This document shows positions 10,307 through 20,505 of a stretch of 64,000 nucleotides of DNA, one piece after another (position 1 is the first letter of the stretch; every line of letters starts with the position of its first letter). The stretch is from the NCBI GenBank assembly GCA_964562675.1, contig CAZLUG010000002.1:5852-69851 (forward strand). Reading direction: 5' to 3'. The notes under the pieces were generated by a model. It was not told where the DNA came from. It worked only from the letters and a program-made list of their open reading frames with translations, and ran no database searches. The DNA is from an uncultured Candidatus Saccharibacteria bacterium (lineage in GTDB: Bacteria; Patescibacteriota; Minisyncoccia; Minisyncoccales; CG1-02-41-26). A program made the position numbers and the translations under genes.

Positions 10307-10870
10307 ATGCAAGTTAAAGTAAAATTAAACCATTTAAAAATAGCGCCCAGAAAAGTCCGCCTAGTAGCTGATTTAGTTCGTGGGAAGAAAGCAAGTTTAG
10401 CCAAAGCGCTTTTAAATTTCAGCGTTAAGCGGGGAGCTGTTTCTCTTCGGAAATTACTAAATTCAGCTTTGGCAGCGGCAAAAAATAATTATCATTTGGA
10501 CGAGGATCGATTTTACATTACGGAAGTTAAGGTTGACGAAGGGCCAAAGCTCAAACGGTTTAGAGCTCGTTCGCGGGGGCAAAGCTATTCTATTTTAAAG
10601 AGAAGTTCTTGTGTAACTTTGGTAATTTCAGAAATTAATAAGTCTTCTTCCCGAGTTCCTAAGCAAAAAGAATCGGCGAAGAAATCAACATCACCTAAAA
10701 AAGAACAAATATTAGCCAAGAAAGACGAAAAGTTGGTAAATAAGAAGAAAGAAGAAAAAATAAATAACAAAGTTGAAACCCTTAAACCGAAATTTTCTAG
10801 TGAGACCGTCCATCACCAAGGTTTAGGTAAAAAGAGTCTTAAGAGAGTTTTTAGACGAAAGGCTTTCTAA
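10307..10870 (+). CDS. rplV: 50S ribosomal protein L22 with long basic C-terminal extension
   Basis: APRKVRLVADLVRG, VDEGPKLKRFRARSRG. Confidence 0.97.
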   Translation: MQVKVKLNHLKIAPRKVRLVADLVRGKKASLAKALLNFSVKRGAVSLRKLLNSALAAAKNNYHLDEDRFYITEVKVDEGPKLKRFRARSRGQSYSILKRSSCVTLVISEINKSSSRVPKQKESAKKSTSPKKEQILAKKDEKLVNKKKEEKINNKVETLKPKFSSETVHHQGLGKKSLKRVFRRKAF

Positions 10871-10885
10871 AAAAATATTTTGAAT

Positions 10886-11548
10886 ATGTCACACAAAACT
10901 AACCCAAAAATATTGCGAATAAGAAATATGGGAGATTGGTTGAGTAGAGGTTTTTATGGAAAGCATCTTGCCCGCGATCTGGAAGAGGATTTTAGAATCC
11001 GTAGTTTTTTGAAGAAAAAATTAGCAGCTGGCGCTGTTGAAAATATTATTATTAATCGTTCAGGATCTTTACTGAAAATTATTATAAAAACTGCCCGACC
11101 GGCTTTAATTATTGGAAGAGGCGGAAAAGAAATTGAACGCCTGCAAAAACTCTTGCAAAAAGTAATACTTAAAGGTAGGATAAAAAACGCTGGTGTGAAT
11201 CGGCAGACAAAAATTGATGTTGAGGAGGTCAAAAATTTTTGGCTTTCGGCAAATTTAGCTGCCCAATGGGTTAGCCAGCAATTAGAAAGGCGAATGCCTT
11301 ACCGAAAAGTTTTGAAAATGGGCCTTTCTAAAATTATGGCTCAGAGAGAAGCAAAAGGGGCAAGGATTGAAGTAGCGGGGCGGTTAAATGGAGTAGAAAT
11401 AGCTAGAACCGAATGGTTAGCGGAAGGGCGAATGCCTAGAGCTAACTTAAGAGCAATCATAGATTATGGTTTTACCGAAGCTCATTGTAAATACGGAACG
11501 ATTGGCGTAAAAGTTTGGATTTATAAAGGAGAGAGATTTAAGGAATAA
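10886..11548 (+). CDS. rpsC: 30S ribosomal protein S3
   Basis: RPALIIGRGG, GRLNGVEIARTE, GTIGVKVWIY. Confidence 0.97.
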   Translation: MSHKTNPKILRIRNMGDWLSRGFYGKHLARDLEEDFRIRSFLKKKLAAGAVENIIINRSGSLLKIIIKTARPALIIGRGGKEIERLQKLLQKVILKGRIKNAGVNRQTKIDVEEVKNFWLSANLAAQWVSQQLERRMPYRKVLKMGLSKIMAQREAKGARIEVAGRLNGVEIARTEWLAEGRMPRANLRAIIDYGFTEAHCKYGTIGVKVWIYKGERFKE

Positions 11549-11568
11549 AAGTTGATTATTGATTATTT

Positions 11569-11982
11569 ATGTTTCAGCCAAAGAAAACAAAGTTTCGTAA
11601 ACAGCAAAAAGGAAGGTCTCGAAAGCGTTTAACGGAGACAAAAGGAACAACTTTAGCCTTTGGGAGTTTTGGAATGAAGGGATTGGAAGCTTGCTGGGTA
11701 ACGAGCCATCAATTGGAAGCAGCGAGGAGAGTAATGTTGAGGTATTTAAAAAAGAAAGGGAAATTCTGGTTTAGAATTTTTCCCCAAAAACCAATTACGG
11801 CCAAAGGGAATGAAGTACCGATGGGAGGAGGCAAAGGAACGGTTTCCGACTATGTTTTTCCGCTCAAACCAGGTAGGATTATTTTAGAGTTAGATGGAGT
11901 GGAGGAAAGTGTGGCCCGAGAAGCCATAAAGCAAGCTTCAACAAAATTACCGGTAAAGATTAGATTTATCAAAAGAGTTTAA
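11569..11982 (+). CDS. rplP: 50S ribosomal protein L16
   Basis: PKKTKFRKQQKGR, QLEAARR, MGGGKG. Confidence 0.97.
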   Translation: MFQPKKTKFRKQQKGRSRKRLTETKGTTLAFGSFGMKGLEACWVTSHQLEAARRVMLRYLKKKGKFWFRIFPQKPITAKGNEVPMGGGKGTVSDYVFPLKPGRIILELDGVEESVAREAIKQASTKLPVKIRFIKRV

Positions 11983-12016
11983 CGATTTTTATATTTGGTG
12001 AAAAAACGTTGTTATT

Positions 12017-12232
12017 ATGAAAAGAAAAGAAAAAATTAAAGAGTTTTCCCGTTTTGGCCGAAAAGAAAGGTTGCATACTGCCCAAAAGAAGCAGGATAAG
12101 TTAAGACAGTTGAGGTTTGATCTTGCTGCTGGCAAAGTGAAGAACATACGGGAAATCCGAGAAATCAAGAAAGATATTGCCAGAATTAAAACTTTAATGC
12201 AAAAAGATTCTTCTCCAGACTTGAAGAGTTAA
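12017..12232 (+). CDS. rpmC: 50S ribosomal protein L29
   Basis: LRQLRF...IREIKKDIARIKT; operon position. Confidence 0.93.
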   Translation: MKRKEKIKEFSRFGRKERLHTAQKKQDKLRQLRFDLAAGKVKNIREIREIKKDIARIKTLMQKDSSPDLKS

Positions 12233-12278
12233 ACGAAATTTTTTGTTTAGAGAAAAATTGATTTAAATATTTAAAATC

Positions 12279-12512
12279 ATGTCCAAAAGACGATTAAAAG
12301 GTGAAATTGTTTCTCTCAAGATGGCAAAAACAGCCGTGGTAAAAGTGAGGAGCATTAAACAACATCCTAAGTATCACAAGAGATATAGAAGTGATAAGAG
12401 ATATAAAGCCCACCTTCTCAAAAGCGGTTACAAAATGGGAGATAAGGTTATCATTGAAGAGAGCCAGCCAATCTCAAAAGAGAAACATTGGATAGTTTTA
12501 AAAAAGGTTTAA
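12279..12512 (+). CDS. rpsQ: 30S ribosomal protein S17
   Basis: KMAKTAVV, HPKYHK, GDKVIIEESQPISK. Confidence 0.96.
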   Translation: MSKRRLKGEIVSLKMAKTAVVKVRSIKQHPKYHKRYRSDKRYKAHLLKSGYKMGDKVIIEESQPISKEKHWIVLKKV

Positions 12513-12515
12513 TTT

Positions 12516-12884
12516 ATGATTCAACCAGGAACAATTTTAAAAGTAGCTGATAATTCGGGTGCTAAACTCGTCCAGTGTTTTAATATTCCTGGTGGAACAC
12601 GAAAACGTTATGCTCGCATTGGTGATATTATTGTTGGGGCGGTTAAGAAAGCTGAACCAAGAAGAGGAGTGAAAACTCATGAGGTTGTCCACGCTGTTGT
12701 CATAAGACAGCGAAAAGCCTTTAAAAGAAAAGATGGTTCTTATATAAAGTTTGGGGATAACGCCTGTGTTATTTTGGCGGACAACAAAAATCCAAAAGGG
12801 ACTAGAATTTTAGGGCCGGTCCCGCGAGAATTAAAGACAATAGGTTTTACGAAAATAGCAACTATGGCCAAAGAACTTTTATAA
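12516..12884 (+). CDS. rplN: 50S ribosomal protein L14
   Basis: VADNSGAK, PKGTRILGPVPREL. Confidence 0.98.
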   Translation: MIQPGTILKVADNSGAKLVQCFNIPGGTRKRYARIGDIIVGAVKKAEPRRGVKTHEVVHAVVIRQRKAFKRKDGSYIKFGDNACVILADNKNPKGTRILGPVPRELKTIGFTKIATMAKELL

Positions 12885-12923
12885 AAGTTCTTGGATGTAT
12901 TGATTCTCTTTGCGAAAATATTT

Positions 12924-13244
12924 ATGAAAATTCAAAAGAACGATCAAGTTTTAATAATGAGTGGCCGAGATAAAGGCAGAAAAGGCAAAGTTTTAAGAGT
13001 TTTCCCGTCTCAAGATAAAATTTTGGTGGAAGGCATTAAGATTCATAAAAAGCATATTAAACCAAAGCGAGAAGGGGAGAAAGGACAACTTGTTGAAGTT
13101 GCTTCGCCGTTACCGGTAGGTAAAGTTAAATTGATATGTCCAAAATGCGGGAAGCCGACAAAGATTGGTTATAAAATTATCACCCAGTCAGACGGGAAAA
13201 AGACAAAAAGCAGAATTTGCAAAAAATGCGGGGCAGAAATATAG
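12924..13244 (+). CDS. rplX: 50S ribosomal protein L24
   Basis: KOW motif (DQVLIMSGRDKGRKGKV); C-terminal CxxC...CxxC; ATG at 12924. Confidence 0.96.
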   Translation: MKIQKNDQVLIMSGRDKGRKGKVLRVFPSQDKILVEGIKIHKKHIKPKREGEKGQLVEVASPLPVGKVKLICPKCGKPTKIGYKIITQSDGKKTKSRICKKCGAEI

Positions 13245-13316
13245 AAATAATTAGAAAAAATTTTTAATATTTGTTAAACCCAGAAAAAATTAAATTCCAT
13301 TAGAAAAATAATTCTT

Positions 13317-13880
13317 ATGCTTAAATTAGCAGAAAAATATAAAAAGGAAGTGAGGCCAGCATTAAAGAAGGAATTTGGTTACCGCAATGATATGGCCGTT
13401 CCTCGTATTAAGAAAATTGTTGTGAGCTGTGGTTTTGGGAAAGATATTATCGGGAAAACAAAAGATGAACAAAAAAAACTTTTAGCCCACATCTCCAACG
13501 ACTTGGCATTGATTACAGGACAGAAACCGGCTTTTCGCAAAGCTCGAAAGTCAATTTCTAACTTTAAACTCAGAAAGGGAAATATTATTGGGGCAGAAGT
13601 GACTTTGCGGAAAAAGAGAATGTATGATTTTATAGAGAGATTAATTTACATTGCTTTACCCCGCAGTCGTGATTTTCGTGGTATTCCTTTACATTCTCTT
13701 GACCAAACAGGGAATTTAAATTTAGGTATACGAGAGCAAGTAATTTTTCCCGAAATTACCATTGAAAAAGAAAAGGGGATTTTCGGGTTGAATATTACGG
13801 TTGTCACGAGCGCTAAGAATACAAAAGAGGGCCTAGCATTATTAAAGCTTATAGGTTTTCCGATGAAACATAGCCAGTAA
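13317..13880 (+). CDS. rplE: 50S ribosomal protein L5
   Basis: ITGQKP, SISNFKLRKG, LPRSRDFRG. Confidence 0.97.
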   Translation: MLKLAEKYKKEVRPALKKEFGYRNDMAVPRIKKIVVSCGFGKDIIGKTKDEQKKLLAHISNDLALITGQKPAFRKARKSISNFKLRKGNIIGAEVTLRKKRMYDFIERLIYIALPRSRDFRGIPLHSLDQTGNLNLGIREQVIFPEITIEKEKGIFGLNITVVTSAKNTKEGLALLKLIGFPMKHSQ

Positions 13881-13913
13881 ATCACTTTTTATTTTGGAAT
13901 TTTTAGAAATTTT

Positions 13914-14099
13914 ATGGCAAAAAAATCACAAATCGTTAAAGCTCAAAAGAAACCGAAATTTAAAACTAGAACAGTAAATCGCTGTTTTAAATGTGGCCGG
14001 AAAAGAGGATTCATTAGAAAGTTTGGTCTCTGCAGAATTTGTTTTCGAGAAATGGCAAGCAAAGGGGAAATTCCGGGAGTCAAAAAATCTTCTTGGTAA
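13914..14099 (+). CDS. rpsZ: 30S ribosomal protein S14, Zn-binding type Z
   Basis: 61 aa, CFKCGR...[15 protein letters not shown]. Confidence 0.96.
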   Translation: MAKKSQIVKAQKKPKFKTRTVNRCFKCGRKRGFIRKFGLCRICFREMASKGEIPGVKKSSW

Positions 14100-14128
14100 C
14101 AAATAATTTTTTAAAGAAATAAATAATT

Positions 14129-14521
14129 ATGCTTAATCCAATTACGGACATGCTTAATAGGATAAGAAATGCGCAATCCGTCCATCATAAAACTGTGGAT
14201 ATCCCTTATTCCAAAGTAAAATTTGCTTTGTCGGTAGTTTTGGATAAAGAAGGTTTTATTGCCGGAGCAAGAATAAAGAAAAGGAAAAAAGAAAAAATAA
14301 TAGAGCTAGGTTTAAAATATCTGCCGAATGGATTACCTCGTATTTCCGGATTAAAAAGAATTTCAAAATCCAGCCAGAAAGTTTACAAAAAATCGAAAGA
14401 CATAAAAAAAGTAAAAGGAGGATATGGTCGAGTTATCATCTCTACTTCACAAGGATTAATGAGTAATATAGAAGCGCATAAGGCCAAATTAGGAGGCGAG
14501 ATTTTAGTCGAAGTATGGTGA
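14129..14521 (+). CDS. rpsH: 30S ribosomal protein S8
   Basis: PITDMLNRIRNA, STSQGLM, GGEIL. Confidence 0.97.
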   Translation: MLNPITDMLNRIRNAQSVHHKTVDIPYSKVKFALSVVLDKEGFIAGARIKKRKKEKIIELGLKYLPNGLPRISGLKRISKSSQKVYKKSKDIKKVKGGYGRVIISTSQGLMSNIEAHKAKLGGEILVEVW

Positions 14522-14618
14522 GTTCGAGAAGAAATTAAGGAAGGCTTTTAATATATAGGTGCTTAAATAAGTTTTAGATTTTATATATTATCAAGCCGAC
14601 TTATTCTTTTATAAGATT

Positions 14619-15164
14619 GTGAGCAAAATAGGGAAAAAAATAATTGAAATACCCGAAGGAGTGGAAGTTAAAATTAATAATGAAACAGTTACAGTTAAAG
14701 GGCCGAAAGGAGAACTCTCCCTACGGATTTTGCCAGAGGTGGAAATTAAGGCCAAAGACAAGAAAGTGATTGTTTTGCCAAGAAAGCAAACAAGGAAAAC
14801 AGAAGCTTTTTGGGGATTAACAAGAATGCTTTTGTTTAATCAGATAAAAGGGGTGAGCGAGGGATTTGAAAAGAAGCTGGAGATAAAAGGCATTGGGTAT
14901 AAGGCTGTTTTAGAGGGAAATAATAAGTTGCGTTTAGAGGTAGGATTTTCTCATCCCGTTATTTTTGATATTCCAACTGGAATTGAAGCAAAGGTGGAAA
15001 AGAACATTATCACTATTTCAGGCATTGATAAACAGAAGGTAGGTGAATTTGCAGCCAGCATTCGCAGAATAAGACCCCCGGAACCATATAAAGGAAAAGG
15101 TATTCGTTATTTAGGTGAAGTGGTAAGACGAAAAGAAGGCAAACGAACGGTTGCCACTAGTTAG
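14619..15164 (+). CDS. rplF: 50S ribosomal protein L6
   Basis: [26 protein letters not shown]; GTG start. Confidence 0.97.
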   Translation: MSKIGKKIIEIPEGVEVKINNETVTVKGPKGELSLRILPEVEIKAKDKKVIVLPRKQTRKTEAFWGLTRMLLFNQIKGVSEGFEKKLEIKGIGYKAVLEGNNKLRLEVGFSHPVIFDIPTGIEAKVEKNIITISGIDKQKVGEFAASIRRIRPPEPYKGKGIRYLGEVVRRKEGKRTVATS

Positions 15165-15181
15165 TTGAAAGGTTTTTATTT

Positions 15182-15631
15182 ATGTTATCTTATCAAAATA
15201 AAAGGCAAAATAGGCACCGAAGAATTCGGGCAAAAGTTAGGGGTAAATCAGAAATCCCCCGTCTTTGCGTTTTTAGATCGCATAAGCACATTTATGCTCA
15301 GTTAATTGATGATGAAAAATCCAAAACTCTTTTAACAGCGAGTGACCTTGACCTTAAAGAATCATCTCGGGCCAAGGGGTTGAAAGAATCTTTGCCGCCA
15401 AAAAAAATAGCGGGAGATAAGAAAAAAAAGGCTCAAGAGCCAAAATCAAAAGTCTCTGAGATAAAGAGAACATCAAAAGTTTCTTTGGCTTTCGATTTAG
15501 GAAAGTTAATTGCTGAAAAAGCGTTAAAGCAAAAGATAAAAAAGGTTGTTTTTGACAGAGGTGGATATTTGTACCATGGTAGAGTAAAGGCAATTGCTGA
15601 TGGCGCTAGAGAGGGAGGTTTAAAATTCTAA
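15182..15631 (+). CDS. rplR: 50S ribosomal protein L18 with internal Lys-rich insertion
   Basis: [34 protein letters not shown]. Confidence 0.97.
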   Translation: MLSYQNKRQNRHRRIRAKVRGKSEIPRLCVFRSHKHIYAQLIDDEKSKTLLTASDLDLKESSRAKGLKESLPPKKIAGDKKKKAQEPKSKVSEIKRTSKVSLAFDLGKLIAEKALKQKIKKVVFDRGGYLYHGRVKAIADGAREGGLKF

Positions 15632-15657
15632 AAACATTTTAAGAAAATATTCTATTT

Positions 15658-16128
15658 ATGTTTAGAAAACAAAGAAATCAGAAATTTAAAAAGAGCGAAT
15701 ACGAATCTAAACTTTTAGATTTGACGAGGGTTACAAGAGTAACGGCTGGCGGGAAACAATTAAGATTTAGAGCAGTTGTAGTTGTAGGCAACAAAAAAGG
15801 AAAAGTTGGGGTAGAAATAGCCAAAGGCAGTGATGTGGCGAAAGCTATTACGAAAGCGACAAGATTAGCGAAAAAGCGTTTGATAGAAATTCCGCTTATC
15901 GATAAAGGCATCCCTTATGAAATAGAAACAAAATTTGGGAGTGCTCGAGTAATCTTAAGACCTCAAAAGAAAGGGAAAGGGCTTATTGCCGGAGGAGCAA
16001 TGAGAGTAGTTTGTGATTTAGTTGGTATTAAGGATATCTCTGCTAAAATTCTTTCGAAATCAAGAAACAAATTTACAATTGCCAAAGCAACCATTAAAGC
16101 TCTGCAAAAATTAACCGAAACTCATTAA
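15658..16128 (+). CDS. rpsE: 30S ribosomal protein S5
   Basis: RVTRVTAGGKQLRF, GLIAGG. Confidence 0.96.
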   Translation: MFRKQRNQKFKKSEYESKLLDLTRVTRVTAGGKQLRFRAVVVVGNKKGKVGVEIAKGSDVAKAITKATRLAKKRLIEIPLIDKGIPYEIETKFGSARVILRPQKKGKGLIAGGAMRVVCDLVGIKDISAKILSKSRNKFTIAKATIKALQKLTETH

Positions 16129-16141
16129 TTTAGGAATATAT

Positions 16142-16576
16142 ATGCAAATCCATCAAGTTAAACCTATCCACAAATCCCAGAAAAAGAAAAGAATCGGCCG
16201 AGGAGGAGTTAAAGGACATTTTTCCGGGCGAGGAATGAAAGGGCAAAAATCAAGAGCAGGCAGGAAAATGCAACCGTTTATCAGAGAACTAATTAAAAAA
16301 TATAAAAAGTTGCGGGGTTACAAGATGAAATCTAGAAAGAAGAAACAGATTGGCATCAATCTTGGTTTTTTGAATAAAAAATTTAGAGCGGGTGATTTGA
16401 TTAATCCAGCAATATTAGTTCAAAAAAAGATTGTCAGGCGGCAAGAGGGGAAAGTTCCAGAGATTAAAATTTTAAGCCAAGGAAAATTGCAAAAGAAATT
16501 TATCTTCCAAGGATGCAGTTTTTCAAAAAAAGCAGAAGAGAAAATAAAAGAACAAAAGGGGATCATTAAATCATAG
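16142..16576 (+). CDS. rplO: 50S ribosomal protein L15
   Basis: KRIGRGG...SGRGMKGQKSRAG. Confidence 0.95.
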   Translation: MQIHQVKPIHKSQKKKRIGRGGVKGHFSGRGMKGQKSRAGRKMQPFIRELIKKYKKLRGYKMKSRKKKQIGINLGFLNKKFRAGDLINPAILVQKKIVRRQEGKVPEIKILSQGKLQKKFIFQGCSFSKKAEEKIKEQKGIIKS

Positions 16577-16620
16577 AACCGCAACTGCTTACTTGGCACT
16601 TAAATGAGGAGAATAATCCT

Positions 16621-17904
16621 ATGAATTGGTTTCAAAAACTCATTCTTATTTTTAAAAATCGCCAATTACGGAATAAAATTCTTTTTGTTCTAGGAATCTT
16701 TGTAGTTTTCCGGTTGATGGCTAATATTCCTATTCCGGGTATTAATATCGAGAACCTGAGAAGATTTTTTGCTCAGAACCAAATGTTTGGCCTTTTAAAC
16801 CTGTTTACGGGCGGAGCCTTAAGCAATCTCTCAATTGTGATGTTAGGGCTTGGCCCATATATCACGGCGGTTATTATTCTCCAGCTTTTGACAATGATTT
16901 TCCCTCAGTTGGAAAAAATGTATAAAGAGGAGGGAGAACAGGGCCGAAGGAAATTCAACCAATACGGAAGACTTTTAACCGTCCCTTTGGCAGCGCTTCA
17001 GGGCTATGGGATGTTAACGCTTTTCCAACATCAAAATATTATTCCTAGTCTTTCTCCTATTTTACTTCTTAGTTCTCTTTGTACCATTACGGGGGGAGCG
17101 GTGCTTTTAATGTGGCTTGGTGAATTGATTTCTGAGAAGGGTATTGGGAATGGAGTTTCCCTGCTTATTTTTGCAGGGATTGTGGCGAGAACCCCTATGC
17201 AGCTTCGCCAAATAGTTTTGACTTGGGATATTTCGAGAGTTCCTTCTTATATTGCCTTTTTCATTGGTTCGATATTTATTATTGTAGGAGTGGTTTTAGT
17301 TAATGAAGCAAGGCGGAATATTCCAGTTTCTTACGCTAAGCGAGTGCGCGGGCAAAAAATGTATGGAGGGGTTTCAACTTATTTGCCAATGATGGTTAAT
17401 CCTGCCGGGGTAATACCTATTATTTTTGCCTTAAGCCTTCTTCTTTTCCCCGGCATGCTTGCTAATATGTTAGCCGCCACCGGCAATGCTGTTTGGGCTG
17501 GTTTTGCCAAAGGTTTGAGTAATTTCCTACAAAATGGTTGGATCTATGGCAGTTTATATTTTGTTTTAGTATTTATCTTTACTTACTTTTATACCGCCGT
17601 GACTTTTGACCCTAAAGCAGTTTCTGAAAATTTACAGAAAATGGGAGGATTCATTCCTGGAATTAGACCGGGACGTTCAACGGCAGAGTTTTTACATAAA
17701 ATTTTGTACAGAATTTTAATCATCGGAGCAAGTTTTTTAGGATTTGTGGCAATTTTGCCTTCAATTATACAAGGTATTACGGGAGTGACGGCTCTTAGAT
17801 TTTTAACTGGAGGCACGGGATTGCTAATTATTGTTAGCGTGGTTCTGGATAGTTGGCGGCATATTAAGGCCCAGCTTGAAATGCGGGAATACGAAAAACT
17901 TTAG
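16621..17904 (+). CDS. secY: preprotein translocase SecY
   Basis: LGLGPYITA, WLGELISEKGIGNGVS, FIPGIRPG; about 10 hydrophobic segments. Confidence 0.98.
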   Translation: MNWFQKLILIFKNRQLRNKILFVLGIFVVFRLMANIPIPGINIENLRRFFAQNQMFGLLNLFTGGALSNLSIVMLGLGPYITAVIILQLLTMIFPQLEKMYKEEGEQGRRKFNQYGRLLTVPLAALQGYGMLTLFQHQNIIPSLSPILLLSSLCTITGGAVLLMWLGELISEKGIGNGVSLLIFAGIVARTPMQLRQIVLTWDISRVPSYIAFFIGSIFIIVGVVLVNEARRNIPVSYAKRVRGQKMYGGVSTYLPMMVNPAGVIPIIFALSLLLFPGMLANMLAATGNAVWAGFAKGLSNFLQNGWIYGSLYFVLVFIFTYFYTAVTFDPKAVSENLQKMGGFIPGIRPGRSTAEFLHKILYRILIIGASFLGFVAILPSIIQGITGVTALRFLTGGTGLLIIVSVVLDSWRHIKAQLEMREYEKL

Positions 17905-17952
17905 ATTAAGAATTCAATAAGCCAAATCAGCTTGCATAACTATTAAAATTTT

Positions 17953-18645
17953 ATGCACAAATTAGTTGTTATTTTAATGGGAATGCCCGGGGCGGGCAAG
18001 GGAACTCAGGGAACGCTTTTAGCAGAGAAATTCAATTTATATTACTTTGAAACCAGTAAAATTATTGAAAAAGCTATTAAGAATGCTCGCAAAGGAGATT
18101 TTGTTAAAGTTGGTTCTCAAAAGTATTATTTTTCTCACGAAAAGAAGCTCTGGGAAGATGGCGTTATTTGCAGTCCGCCATTTGTTTTCTCTTTGGTCAA
18201 AAAGAAAATTAAAGAACTATTCAAAAAAGATGAAAATTTATTATTGTCTGGTTCCCCGCGGACAATAGAAGAAAGCGAAGCATTAATGCCGCTCTTGGAG
18301 AAATTATACGGGAAGAAAAATATTAAAATTGTTCTCCTGCAAATTTCTGCCGAAGAATCCATTTTTAGAAATTCTCACCGGCGGATTTGTGCTCTTATGC
18401 GGCATCCTATTTTGTACACCCCAGAAACGAAAAACCTCAAAAGGTGTCCCTTAGATGGTTCTAAACTACAGCGCCGGAAAGGTCTTGATGACCCAGAAAC
18501 CATTAAAGTACGGCTGAGAGAGTATCAGCAGAAAACTTTTCCCTTAATAAAATATTTTCAAAAAGAGGGTTTTTCAATCAAGAAAATTAATGGTAAAGGG
18601 TCGGTCGAACAAGTATTTAAAAGAATCTTAGCAAAATTTAAATGA
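17953..18645 (+). CDS. adk: adenylate kinase family protein
   Basis: P-loop GMPGAGKGTQ, GSPRT, DDPETIKVRL; located between secY and map. Confidence 0.9.
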   Translation: MHKLVVILMGMPGAGKGTQGTLLAEKFNLYYFETSKIIEKAIKNARKGDFVKVGSQKYYFSHEKKLWEDGVICSPPFVFSLVKKKIKELFKKDENLLLSGSPRTIEESEALMPLLEKLYGKKNIKIVLLQISAEESIFRNSHRRICALMRHPILYTPETKNLKRCPLDGSKLQRRKGLDDPETIKVRLREYQQKTFPLIKYFQKEGFSIKKINGKGSVEQVFKRILAKFK

Positions 18646-19391
18646 TATCAATTAAATCAGCAGAAGAAATTTCTATTATGAGAGAGGGCGGAAGGTTGTT
18701 GGCAGAAATTCTAGAAAAGGTCAAAAAACAAAGCAAGCCGGGTGTTAAAACCAAAGATTTAGATAAATTAGCGGAATCTCTTATTATCGCCGCTGGGGCG
18801 AAACCAGCATTTAAAGGATATGATGGATTTCCCAGCACTTTGTGCACTTCGGTAAATCAGGTGATAGTCCATCAAATTCCTTCAGACTATCAACTGAAAG
18901 ACGGCGATATTTTTACTTTGGATATAGGGTTGTACCTTAAGGGATTTTTTAGCGATATGGCCCAGACTATTCCTATTGGAAAGGTAAATCCGGAAGGATT
19001 AAGGTTAATTCGCGTTACCAAAAGGTCTTTAAAATACGCTATTCAGAAATCTAGAGCAGGAAATACTTTTGGGGATATAGGGAATACAATTCAACGGTAT
19101 GTTGAATCTCAAGGCTTGAATGTTGTAAGGGAGCTTTGCGGTCACGGAATTGGTAAAGATCTCCACGAAGAACCAGATGTTCTAAATTATGGCCAGCGCC
19201 ACAAAGGACCTAAAATTGAGCCGGGAATGGTTTTTTGTATAGAACCAATGGTTACCCTTGGTGATTGGCAGATTAAGCAGTCCGCGGATAAATCCGGCTG
19301 GGAGACAACCGACGGTTCGTTTTCAGCGCATTTTGAGCATGAAGTAGCTATTTTAAAAAATGGGAAAGCTGAAGTTCTCACGAAAATTTAG
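18642..19391 (+). CDS. map: type I methionine aminopeptidase
   Basis: SVNQVIVH, GHGIG..LHEEP, SAHFEH. Confidence 0.97.
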   Translation: MISIKSAEEISIMREGGRLLAEILEKVKKQSKPGVKTKDLDKLAESLIIAAGAKPAFKGYDGFPSTLCTSVNQVIVHQIPSDYQLKDGDIFTLDIGLYLKGFFSDMAQTIPIGKVNPEGLRLIRVTKRSLKYAIQKSRAGNTFGDIGNTIQRYVESQGLNVVRELCGHGIGKDLHEEPDVLNYGQRHKGPKIEPGMVFCIEPMVTLGDWQIKQSADKSGWETTDGSFSAHFEHEVAILKNGKAEVLTKI

Positions 19392-19463
19392 AGCAGGCCA
19401 AGTTAAAATTAATTGATTTTTTTGTTTTAAACTTATTGAATAATTAGTTTGAATAAAATTTTT

Positions 19464-20498
19464 ATGAAGCGCACTAAAAATATTAAATTTCCTTCTGAAT
19501 TACGCTTTGACCCGATGGGAGAAGACTGGGTAGTTGTGGCAGTAGGGCGCGCCAAAAGACCTGAAATTTTAAAATGGCAACCTGCTAAGAGAGTTCGAAG
19601 TTCAAAAATTAATTGTCCATTTTGCCATCTCGAGACTCAAAAAAAACCTCTCTTAATTTTTGCCCAAGGAGAAAAAATTGTTTCCCCAAAAAAAATTCCT
19701 GCTCATTGGACAACGGCAGTTATCCCAAACAAATTTCCTGCTTTTCAACCAGCGAATTCTTTAAAAGTTATTCAAGAAGGGCCTTATAAATTAATGCCCG
19801 CTGTTGGTTTTCATGAATTAGTTATTACCAGAGACCACAAAAAACACATTGCTAAATTATCTCTTTCCGCTATCAGAGAAATGATTGATGCTTACCAGGA
19901 TAGATATTTATCTTTAAAAAATAAAAAATTCGTGAATTATATATCCATCTTTTGTAATCACCGAGCAGAGGCAGGTGCTTCTATTCCTCATCCTCACTCT
20001 CAAATTATAGCTATTCCCTTGATTGATTCTGATCTCCGCAAAGCTTTAGGAAATGCTAGGCGATATTATAAAAATCATCAAAAATGTCTTTATTGTGCAG
20101 GTAATGCTTTAGAAAAGAAAGAGAAAAAAAGAATTATTTTTGAAAATAAGGAATTTTTAGCTATCTGTCCGTTTGCCTCAAAGGTTGCTTTCGAGGTTAT
20201 TATTTCTCCCAAAAAACACCTTCCGTATTTTGAAAACATTACCTCGGAAGAAAAAAAATACTTGGCTGAGACTTTCAAAGTTGTTCTTTCTAAACTTGAT
20301 CGAGGGTTAAATAATCCTCCTTATAATTTCTATTTGCACACTGCTCCTTGCGATGGGCAGGATTATAGCTTTTATCATTGGCATTGGACGATTCTTCCGA
20401 AAACGGCTACAATGGCTGGCTTTGAATTAGGGGCAAGAATTGAGATTTCGACTATTGAACCAGAAAAGGCTGCTGAATATTTAAGAAAACAAAAATGA
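19464..20498 (+). CDS. galT: galactose-1-phosphate uridylyltransferase-like (GalT/HIT superfamily)
   Basis: RAKRP, CPFC, NKFPA, GASIPHPHSQ active site. Confidence 0.85.
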   Translation: MKRTKNIKFPSELRFDPMGEDWVVVAVGRAKRPEILKWQPAKRVRSSKINCPFCHLETQKKPLLIFAQGEKIVSPKKIPAHWTTAVIPNKFPAFQPANSLKVIQEGPYKLMPAVGFHELVITRDHKKHIAKLSLSAIREMIDAYQDRYLSLKNKKFVNYISIFCNHRAEAGASIPHPHSQIIAIPLIDSDLRKALGNARRYYKNHQKCLYCAGNALEKKEKKRIIFENKEFLAICPFASKVAFEVIISPKKHLPYFENITSEEKKYLAETFKVVLSKLDRGLNNPPYNFYLHTAPCDGQDYSFYHWHWTILPKTATMAGFELGARIEISTIEPEKAAEYLRKQK

Positions 20499-20505
20499 TA
20501 TATTT